In this document: positions 10,101 through 22,100 of the stretch, one piece after another
Layout: each line of letters opens with the position of its first letter
Position numbering within the stretch: position 1 is the stretch's first letter
Assembly: GCA_964016885.1 (NCBI GenBank)
Contig: OZ024743.1
Coordinates: forward strand, 100,192,001 to 100,256,000
DNA: 64,000 nucleotides
Direction of reading: 5' to 3'
DNA from: Eledone cirrhosa
Taxonomy: Eukaryota
Position numbers and translations under genes: made by a program
The notes under the pieces: model-generated
Seen by the model: the letters and a program-made list of their open reading frames with translations, nothing else
Told to the model about the DNA's origin: nothing
Databases searched by the model: none

Positions 10101-13100
10101 TGTCATTTCTTTGACACATCTGAAGAGTCCATCTGACTCTTGATTCTAAAACATCAGCATATGTCACTCAATCACCTAACAAAAAACTAAGCCCTTTGGA
10201 AATTAAGATATTATATTTTTCATAAGTTCTATGAATATTTGCAGTTTATTACTGTGTGAAATAGTAGAGACTATGTTTTGATGAGTTGACCCTTTTGTGA
10301 CTATATGTCTAGTAATATACACAGTTGTCTGTGTGATCTTTTCATTATTAAATTGATATCTAGAACATAGCAAAAGGATTAAATTAATGTGATATCAAAT
10401 CCTCACACCTGTCTCCTAGAAATCACTACACAAAGATAGTCTTCCGCAGTGGCTCTGATAATCTAATTTGTATATGTGATATGACTTTCTGGCATTCACA
10501 GACGTGTGTTTGTATGAAGTAGGAAAATTTATTAATCCTGTCAATGTATTTCTAATGAAAGATTTTTGCCTATGATTTTCAATTAATTTTGAAAATAAAA
10601 ATTTGGAAGTATTTAGTAATATCATCATCATCATTGTTTAACGTCCATCTTCCACGCTAGCATGGGTTAGTATAACTTATCTTTCTCAATACTAAGTTTT
10701 TGTGTGGAATATGATTTGACAAAGGTTCATTCTGTGCTAATAAAGGTTAGACAGTTCATAAGAAAACAAGTCAATACTCAAGCAGAGCTACTGACCTCTC
10801 AGATGGGTTAGAAGCCTGCATCTAACGAAACATTCCCACTTTCTACCATTGTGGCACCAACATTAGGGAGATTGTCATGTTTTTGACATATTTAAACAGT
10901 TCTGACCCTCCTTACATAAGATTAAGATGGAATGTTTTTTATGTAGATATAAGCATGGTTTGGATGAAAGGGGTTAAAAGAGGGCAGTAAATGTAAAGGA
11001 GAACCCTAAATACGCTATGTAATCATTAAATCTGTGATCAATGCTCATTCTAACCTGCTTTTGTTTAATTACAGATCGTCAGAAATAACTTGATTAATAA
11101 AAGTGTCAAGGTGAAACTATTTAAATGCTTTGAGATAAATGAATTAATTAAGTTGTACAGCTGGTATGGTCCTGAATATTGGAAAACAATATTGTTACAA
11201 AAGACTAAAGTAAGTATAATTATTGTAGTAATATACATTGATTTCTTTAACCCTTTAGCATTTACATTACTCTAAATTTACTATTTTATTTTCATGGTAA
11301 AGGCTTTATCTCACATAATATTGAATCTATGAGATCATCATCACCGTTTTACGTCCGTTCTTCCACGCTAGTATGGGTTGTCCTGTTATGGGCAGTGTCC
11401 GGTTGGCTGACCATGCCTTGCTCATACAGGAACTGATTCTGGCTTGATTTCTACAGCTGGATGCCCTTCCTAACACCAAGCTCATTTAGAGTGAGTGTTG
11501 GGTCCTTTTTTAAAGTGGGAAGGGGTGGGGGCATATTGTCTATATGCTTCAGCTTCGGCTTGTACCCATGGGGCATCGGGTCTTCTGTATCACTGTGTGA
11601 CGCCAGAGATCATGGTCGTGTGTCATCTTGATATTATTTATTTTGAAAACAATATCTTAACATCAGTATGAGCAGCCTGTTTGAAGAGAAAGAGGTGAGA
11701 GAATTCTGGCCGGATACAGCCGGTTTAAATGCTAAAGGTTTAAAACGGCCATTTCCAGCCAGAATTCTCTCACCTCTTTCTGTTCAAACTGACTGTAATT
11801 GGCCACTCATACTGGTGTTAAGGTATTGATCTCAAAATAAATATCAAAATCTCGTAGATTCGCGATATTATGTGAGGTAAAACCTTTACCGCATTAATAT
11901 AAAGTAATGTAAATGCTTATGGGTTGAGTAATACATCTATTTCATAAATCATCATCATCTTACATTCATTTTCCATGATGACATGTGTTGGATGTGTCCT
12001 CACAGTCTGAGACTAGACTTGTCTTGCTCATATGTTCCATATTTGGTTTAGCTTCTACAACTAGATGCCTTTCCCAAAGCTAACCACTTTACAGAATATA
12101 TTGGGTGCATTGTATATGGCACCAACACTTTACAGAGTGTACTGGAAGTATCATGTCAGCAAGACTGAGGAGTCTTCATTCAGTAATAGTTTTGCTTAAA
12201 GATTTCGACAGCTAGATGACCTTATTACAAACAACTGTGATGAAATGAACCAAGTGTGTTGTGACACTAACACTAGAGATGTCTTCTTTATCATACACTG
12301 GATATGGTTTGTGATAACCTCTCTCCCAGATGGATTATTTTCACAAAAGTCAAGAACTCTTTCTCTTGAGTGGAAGTTGGCAAGAGAGAAAGAAGAGCTA
12401 GCCAAAGGAATAAGGATAGTTCTTAGTAGCATTATAGTTACATTGAAACTGAATCATCACTTGAGAAAGGAGGAAGAAACTTTATTTTATCCTACAAGTA
12501 CCAGCTTAATAAGAAAGTTGGTTATTTTATTAAATCTTTCCAAATTCTTGATTATTTTCAAAAGGATTTGAATAATAGACTTTGTCTTTCATTAGAAATA
12601 TCATAATGAAAGAGTTACTCGACTCTTGACCACGACAGGAAAGATTTATGAAGTGTAAAGCTCTGAAAAATACCTATATTCACCTCATCCTCAATCTTTA
12701 TGCCATTACAAAAAGCTAACAGGCTGATATCTCAGTTCTCATTACCAAAACAATTATAGATAGATCCAAGTAAGATTTCTCCAGGATTGATAAAATAAGT
12801 ACCAGTAATAATACAGAATCTGACATGTTCAAAGTTTTCAATTATTCTCATGGATATTCTTTGCAGGCGAATGTACATGGCAATCCTGAAGATCTTGCTG
12901 TGATACGAACATACACACATGAACTTCTTCTTGAACTTTTGACCTCTCCACATAATGGCATTATATTCTTTGATACAACCTTTGGGCTGTAAGTTAATCT
13001 TTCTTTTCACTGCTATCTCACACTTTAATCCTTTTGATACCAACCCCAAATAACCTCTGGTTCTGTGAAACAAAATAACCTTTATTGAAGGATTCCTGTT

Positions 13101-16100
13101 TAAATAAAAACCTTCCAAACGTTATTTTACATTAGAATCTTCTGTTATTACAAATACAATCTTAATAATGAAATATTTTAGTAAATCCCTCCAAATTCTT
13201 CATTAATTAATCCAAATATGATGTATTTCATTATAAATATAGTAATGAAAGGGTCATGATTCTGTGCAAGCTTACATCTGCATAACAATCTAAACCTCAG
13301 AAACTGCACTAAAGTTTGAGGAAAAACTCTTTTATAGTCAGCAGCGGTAGTAGCTACCTGAACGTTTTCCATCCTGTTCTCACTCCTGTTACCGTACACC
13401 CACCACCACAGTTTATTAGGTCACCTATGTAGCAGAAGCTATCAACTGCTTCTACAGAACCTATATATTATATACATATATAGAGAGAGATTATATGTAA
13501 AATCATGACCACGGTGCCAAGTGGCTTTGGTTTGTGTGTCAACCTGAAATCGCCTGGTGCTGCGGTCGGGATTTTACATACCTTTATACCCTCTCTGCAT
13601 CTCATCATACATCAAGTACTCCCATGATTAGTGGTCTCCTCGGTCTCAGCACCGCAGACTCTCTCTTTTTATATATATATGTGTGTGCTTGTGTTATGTT
13701 CTATAATAGTTCAACAAAAAAAAAAGATTGATAAAATAAGCACTGGGTTCATATGCCTGAAACCATTAACAGGGTTAATATATGATGTTTTGGAATATTT
13801 TTGTAGCTACAGACATAAATTACCAGTCTCATACTTTTGATTTATATAGCAATTGCAACAAGACTCTACGATATGTTTTGGAGAATATTACCAAGAAGTT
13901 TTTATTTCAAGATCCATTAATAAACGAACTTATTTGGAAAGCATTTCAAGTTTGTCCTGAACAAATTCAACCATTTTATAAGAAAGTAAGGTGTCACTTC
14001 AATTTTAAGAGTGACTCCAACTTCTTGCTATTCCTTGAATTCTCTAAAAAGGTAAGATATTATTGCACTACATTTGTGATATTGTATAAACATTATAGAT
14101 GTAGTGGGATCACAGGGAAGCTAACTAAGAATATAGATTTTATATGTGGCCGGTGCTCTGGTGCAATAAGTAGCAGCAAGTGCCCACAGAATACTAGCTC
14201 ATTCCATTGCACAGATGGTTCTATAGAAATAGTGGACACCTTCCATTACCTGGGTGACAAAATCAGCAGTGGGGGAGGGTGCTCTGAAAGTACAGTAGTT
14301 AGAGTCAGAACGGGATGGAAAAAGTTCAGAGAGCTTATACCACTATTGGCTGCTAAAGGGTTCTCTGTAAAAATGAAAGGCAGGCTGTATGATGCCTGCA
14401 TACGAACAGCAATGTTACATGGCAGTGAGACCTGGGCATTGTGTGCAGAGGATCTACGCAGACTGGAGAGAAACGAAGCTTGCATGCTCCGCTGGATGTG
14501 TAATAGTAATATACGTGAACGGCAAAGCATAAACAAACTAAGGGAGAAATTAGGAATAAGAGGGATCAGATGTTGTTTACTCGAGAGAAGACTACGTTGG
14601 TATGGTCACGTGATGCGCATGAAAGACGACAGCTGTATAAAAAAGTGCGGGGCGATAAAAATAGACGGTAGCCACGGAGTAGGCAGACCCAGGGCCGACT
14701 TGATAAATTTCGACCTCACACTTAAACCTCTCCAAGACAATGTCACTGGACCGAGATCTTTGGCGCTACACAGTCATACAGAAGACCCGCCTTGCCTAAG
14801 TACAAAGCGAAATCTACAGTCAGTAGGCACCTCTAACAAAATACACGCCCGTCCCACTACTCCGACCTCATCCACACCACCCCCTTAAATGTGAAGTTAT
14901 GTTGGTACCACAACATCCAGTCCGAAACAAATGAGGTCGTGTAGGTGTCACAACAAAAAAAAAAAACACAGTCCACGCTGTAATGTGGCCGTGTAGGTAA
15001 CACGGTAAAAACCTCCCAGTCCACACTGTAATCGTGGTTGGTGTTAGGAAGGACATCCAGCCGTAGAAAACCCGCCAGACAGTCCTATACGAGCAGGACA
15101 ACAAATCTTGCCTCAAATGGGAAAACTCCCGTCCAAACCCATGCTAGCGTGGAAGATGGACGTTAAACGATGATGATGATGATGATGATGACTACTACTA
15201 CCATTGCTACTATAATCTGTCAACATCACTACTACTACTATATAGTCTGTCAACATCTCTACTGCTACTACTATATAGTCTGTCAACATCACTACTACTA
15301 CTACTACATAGTCTGTCAACACTACTACTGCTACTATATAGTCTGTCAACATAACTACGACTATATATTCTGTCAACATCACTACAACTATATAGTCTGT
15401 CAACATCACTACGACTACTATATAGTCTGTCAACATCACTACTACTACGACTATATTGTCTGTCAACATCACTACTACTACTACTATATTGTCTGTCAAC
15501 ATCACTACTACTACTATATAGTCTGTCAACACTACTACTACTACTATATAGTCTTTCAACATTACTACTACTACTATATAGTCTGTCAACACTACTACTG
15601 CTACTATATAGTCTGTCAACATTACTACTGCTACTATATAGTCTGTCAACATTACTACTGCTACTATATAGTCTCTCAACATTACTACTGCTACTATATA
15701 GTCTGTCAACACCACTACTACTACTACTATATAGTCTGTCAACACCACTACTGCTACTATATATTCTGTCAACATCACTACTACTATATAGTCTGTCAAC
15801 ATTACTACTACTACTATATAGTCTGTCAACACCACTACTACTACTACTATATAGTCTGTCAACATCACTATTACTACTACTATATAGTCTGTCAACATCA
15901 CTACTACTACTACTATATAGTCTGTCAACGCCACTACTACTACTATATAGTCTGTCAGCACCACTACTATTACTACTATATAGTCAACACTACTGCTACT
16001 ACTACTACTATATAGTCTGTCAACATTACTACTACTACTATATAGTCTGTCCACATCACTACTACTACTACTACTATATAGTCTGTCAACATCACTACTA

Positions 16101-19100
16101 CTAGTATTACTATATAGTCTGTCAACATCACTACTACTACTACTATATAGTCTGTCCACATCACTACTACTACTACTATATAGTCTGTCCACATCACTAC
16201 TACTACTACTATATAGTCTGTCCACATCACTACTAGTATTACTATATAGTCTGTCAACACTACTACTACTACTACTATATAGTCTGTCAACATCACTATT
16301 ACTACTACTATGTAGTCTGTCAACACCACTACTACTACTACTATATAGTCTGTCAACATCACTAGTACTACTATATAGTCTGTCAACACCACTAGTACTA
16401 CTATATAGTCTGTCAACATCACTAGTACTACTATATAGTCTGTCAACATCACTACTACTACTATATAGTCTGTCAACACCACTAGTACTACTATATAGTC
16501 TGTCAACACCACTAGTACTACTATATAGTCTGTCAACACCACTAGTACTACTATATAGTCTGTCAACACCACTAGTACTACTATATAGTCTGTCAGCATC
16601 ACTAGTACTACTATATAGTCTGCCAACATCACTAGTATTGCCATCAACATACTTCCATTACATGGTATATAACATCATGTAACATGTTTTGCCTGCTATC
16701 AAGTATTGTGCAGTTCATTACAAACGAAGCCAGTACTCAAATGGAGCTTCAGACTTTTCAAACAGGCCAGGGGCCCCACATTTGCACACTTTACTGAGTG
16801 CATTTTATTATGGCTCCATCAATAGGGAGGTTTTCTTATCTTTGACACAACCCTCCCAACTTCTTAAAACTATTTTGCCATACTGCCATGGATTGGACAA
16901 TTGTATATATATATATATATATATGTGTATGTATATATATATATACATACATTCCTCTTCATTACTGAGTGTCAGGGCTGATGTATAATTGCATCAATGC
17001 TCTCTGTAGTTCCCCTTCCTCCACATACCATGCACTCTGCCATCATTCTTCCCATCCATTCCCTAATGTCATCATTCCAGTGTCTCTTTGGTCTTCCTTT
17101 CAATCTTCTGCCATCAATGCATCCCTCAGAGGTTCTGGACCTTGATGACATGCCCAAACTATTGTAGCTTATGGTTGCTTCTCTCCTCCAAGACCAACTC
17201 AATATTTTTGTGGTCTATCCATCTGAAACACAGTGCCTTGCCTGTAACATATTGTTTCAAACAACGTTGGTTTGTTAACATCAATGGCTTTTTGAGTGTT
17301 GAAACAGGTCAAAAGCTTTCTTGTAATGAATCAAGGCCATGTACAGGGAGACATTTTACTCACATGCCTTTCTATAATGATCCTAATGTTGAAGACTAGA
17401 CCCAACTTTCTTTCAAAAGCCCTTCTACAACCCAGAGAACTCTTCCTCCATGGTCTTCTGTTTTCTGCAGCAGGACTCGGAGAAGTATCCTACTAGCGTG
17501 GCTGACTAAAGTGATGGTGCGATTTCCTTTACATTGTCCATAGAAAGCTTGCCAAAAATAGGTTGGGGGTAGGAAGGGCATCCAACCATAGAAAGTTTGC
17601 CAAACAAATAGTGGAGAGGGCCCTTCACTTGTGTCAAAGACATGACTACCTCTCTAACACTGGTGCCATAATAAAATGCACTCTGTAGTATGGGACCAAT
17701 TGTGAGATGCGGACATTAACCCTTTAGCATTTACATTACTCTATATTTATTATATTTTCACAGTAAAGGCTTTACCTTACATAATATCAAATCTACAAGC
17801 TTTTGATATTATTTATTTTGAGAACAATACCTTACCATAAGTATGAGTAGCTGGCTATGGCTGGTTTGAACAGAAAGAGGTGAAAGATTTTTGGTGGGAT
17901 ACAGCTGGTTTAAATGCTAAAGTGTTAAATGTTGATATATAAGCAAATAGACCATCCATCAGTGTCAAAACTGTTGGAGCATCCATTTTCTTATATTTTC
18001 ACATGTCCACAATTACACACACTGTTACTATTAGATGTAACTGATTGTGGCTAATTTTGTGCCATCTGTGAACCTGTTTATCTTTTGTATTAGGTAGCAA
18101 ATTAGCATTGTTGTTAGAGAGTAAGACAAATGCCTTGCAATATTTATTCTAGCCCCCTGTGTAGTGAGTTCAAGTATCAGCAAAGTCAACTTTGCTTTTC
18201 AGGCTTTTGAGGTCCATAGCAGTGATGAGATGCCTTGTAGTATTTGTTCCAACTATTTATACTCTGAGTTCAAATTCTGCTGTGGCTTATTTGAGTGGTA
18301 GACTTAATCCGTCACCCAGTTTAACTCCACCATCTGTGTGTTTTAAGGAGTGACTAAAATGGTTGGTGACGGGAAGGGCATTCAGCTGTAAAACATTGTC
18401 TCAAAAGGTTTTGTCCAACCCATGCCAACATGAAAAAGTCAATGTAAAAATGCTGCTGGTGATGATCTGGCCAGTTTCTGAAAAGGGTCATGGGTACTGC
18501 TCTTCCCTTCTAAAGTCTGTCTTAAGCCAGACGGCTCATTAGACTGGTGCTTATCTCTGTTTTATGGCATGAAGCAACTGAGAGTACAAGACTTCCCGCT
18601 GGACAGGACACCAGTCTATCTCAGGGTTAAACCGCCAGCTATTTTCAGCTGAGTGTAGAAATGAAGTGTTTTGCTCAAGAACACAACACTCAACCCAGGA
18701 GTTGAACCCATGTCATTATGATCGTAAGTCCAACACCCACACCACTAGGCCACGGACCTCCACTTTTTGACAGTAACAAATGTACCATATCTACTCATAT
18801 ATAATCTGAGAAATATGTGACAGAAAGAAAATCAATGATAAAAGGGGGGTAGTTTTTTGTAAATTTTCACCAACTTCAAAATTCTTCATAAAAAATAATA
18901 GGAAATATGAATTTCACATCGAAAGTAAAACTGGCGAAATATTCATCTCCACAACGAAAATATTTTCGTTGTGGAGATGAATATTTCGCCAGTTTTACTT
19001 TCGATGTGAAATTCATATTTCCTATTATTTTTTATGTTTTGGATGTATATGGTCCTCAAAATGGTCAAGAATTGGTAAAAAAATCATTACAAATGGAGTT

Positions 19101-22100
19101 GTGAAACAAAACCTATACTCTGAACAACGCTTAAAACATCTTATATATCAAAATATTAAAACTTCATAAATATATTCTCCATCCATGACAATTTAAAAAC
19201 AGTGCCAATCTAAACATAATGTGTTGGCTTATAAATCGTGTTTGGATTTTTGCCTATTTCTCAGGAATAAAGTAATGATTGACTTACATTAGAGTACATA
19301 CGGTATATATATCTAAAGATTTTGAATTATCTGATTCGTTTTAGGTTTTGGAATATCAATACGAAGTCCTTACTCCTTTGAAGATATCGAAAAAATTTAA
19401 TCTGGAGAAACTTACAGAGATGATATTTTCTATTCTTATACCATCTACAGCGATCATGAACGTTATTGAAAAGAACTTAAATGTAAGTAATCATTGTCGA
19501 AGGCAGTGAATTGGCAGAGTCATTAGAACATTGACTAAAATGATTTGTAATTTTCTTTGCAGCTTACTGCGCTCCGATTTCAAATCCCACCAAGGTCAAC
19601 TTTGCTTATCATCCTTTCAATAAAAAAAAAAGTAGCAGTGCAGTATTGGGATTGATTCTTCCTTTATATCTCTTTCTCACTTCTCTATCATGCTATATTC
19701 TCTGGAAAAATCAGTTGTGTTCAGAGCTGGAGAGGGATGGGCTCATTAAGGGCGGTGGATTGGCAGTACCGTTAGAGAGTCGGACACCATGTTTGGAGCA
19801 TAGAGTTACGTCCCTTTATGATCTGAGTTCAAATCCCGCCGAGATTAACTTTGCCTTTCATCCTTACAGGGTCGATAAAATAAAGTACCAGTAATGCACT
19901 GGCCTTGTGCCAAAAAATAGAAACAATTATTAAACTTAATAAATGTTCTTACATAAGATTAAGCTGAAAGGTTTTCAGATAAATATAAACAATTGCAAAC
20001 ACAGGAAAATATCTATAACCACAACTGCTATAGATAATAGCTTAGAAAATAAGGTAAAATACCTTCGATCTATAGATGGAGAACATAACCAGCAACCACT
20101 ACGAAGACTTAAACACCGGAGTTCAATTCTTCATAGTAGCTGCTAGCTACTTTTTACGTCTGTATGGGTATTTTACCTAATTTCCAGACAATCTGGAACA
20201 GCTGTTCTCCTAGCCTTACATAATTACTTTTCCTTTCATCCTTCATCAATAGAATAAGTACTAGCATCCATTTAATTAAATATTCCCTCCTCCTCCCTTC
20301 CTTTTGTCTATAGTAGAAGTTGATTATGATATTGGCTAAGTGTTCTTGAATGCTAAGGAGCTTAATCAATAGAAATCAAATGGTGAAGAAATTTATTTAC
20401 TAGAAATTTTTTCCATATGCTGGTGCATATGTGTGTATGTGCATATACATACATTTGTATGTATATGCACATTCATACAAACACACACATACATTCACAC
20501 AAACACACACATACATTCACACACACAGCATAGTTTTTCCACCATCCCCTTCCTTCCTTTTATACACGCATTCACGCAGGCAGCAGACGTAAAGAGAGAG
20601 TAGTAGTATGAGGTAGTCAAACAACTCCTCTCTCTTTACATGTGACAGAATCGCAGAAATTTATATATATAGATATATATATATACTATACAATAAACTT
20701 CATTGAATGAATTTAAAAGAGGTTGTTGATATCTTTCTGGTTGTTTTCTTTTGCAGAGTCCTGACTTATATATGAGACATGTTTGCCTGGATTATATATT
20801 CACATTGTCGAAAAAGTTGTCAAACATCTCAAACTATTGCACATCAGGAAATTTTCTGGCCCACACTACGGTCTACAACAAGGCAGACATTGAAGAGTTC
20901 CATTCCCTATTCATAACTGGAATGAAGAAAGTAAGTCAACAATGAGTGAAGCAAGTCAGCTTTCATTAACCCTTTAGCATTTAAATCAGCCATATCCGGC
21001 CAGAATTCTCTCACCTCTTTCTGTTCAAACTGGCCGTAACTGGCTGCTCATACTGATGTTAAGGTATTGTTCTCAAATTAAATAGTATCAAAATCTTATA
21101 GATTTGATATTATGCGGGATAATTGTGTGAGATAAAGCCGTTACTGTGAGAATACAATAGTAAATATAGAGTAATATAAATGCTAAAGGGTTAAGTACAG
21201 TTTATAACAAATATAAGATATATAAATTTGAAAAAGAATTTGTTCCTTATAGACTTTTGTTCAAGAGTGAGAATTCTACTTTTCTATATCTAATCATCAT
21301 TGTTTAATGTCTGTTTTCTCCGCTAGCAAGTGTTGGACAGGTCTATCTATATACAGGTAGCATCTTTTGACTCATCTGAAAGGTCTGTGGCACTGATTAA
21401 GTAATGAGTCGGTCTGTGAGATTCCATACAAGCCTCATAGCAAGGAAAACGGATCTTGAACGATAATAATGATGATGATAAACATGAAGGCATGTTTATT
21501 TTTTCTTTGTTCATTTTTCTCAACCATATTGAATGCAAACAGTTCATGGTTAAAAGGCAATATGATTTGCTCTAAGAGTAGAAACCTAAAATTTATATTA
21601 TTGCATATGGAGGCACATGGCTTAGTGGTTAGAGCATTGGCCTCGCAATCGAAGGGTTGTGAGTTCAATTCTCAGACCGGGTGATATGTTGTTTCCTTGA
21701 GCAAGCCACTTTATTTCACATTGCTCTAGTTTACTCAGCTGTTGAAATGAGATGATAGGGACTGGGGTCCATATCATTCCACTGCAAAGTGGCCGTGGAG
21801 GTGCCACGGCAAAAAAACACCCAGCACTCACTGTAAATGAGGTTAGTGTTAGGAAGGGCATCCAGCTGTAGAAATCAAGCCAGAATCAGTTCCCATCCCA
21901 CCCTTGCAAGCAGGGAAAAGCAGACATAAAATGATGATGATGATGAAGGAGCTTCAAGACAAGTATGTATGTGTGTAACATTGCTATAGTAATGCTCTAC
22001 TGTGCACAGTATTATAGGGATAGTTATTCTCTGATGAAGGGATAAAAATATCTGAAATATGGCATAAGGATAATCATGTTTTTTCTATGTATTGAGGAAT

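Noticed and set aside
12198-12571. Possible extra URB1 exon (ORF 12245-12571)
   Set aside because: No convincing splice sites; exon 12867-12988 supplies the expected sequence and phase.
15192-16637. CRISPR-like array or Cys/His/Tyr-rich protein gene
   Set aside because: The spacers are only (CTA)n length variants, there are no cas genes and the context is a eukaryotic intron; the ORFs arise because unit lengths are multiples of 3.
19943-20146. Penelope GIY-YIG endonuclease remnant (QQPLRRLKHRSSI)
   Set aside because: The resemblance is too short and degenerate to call without a profile search; the same applies to RT-like traces near 1300-1560.
21609-21680. tRNA gene
   Set aside because: A and B boxes are present, but the sequence continues into a SINE body and tail and is repeated at 25852; it is a SINE head.
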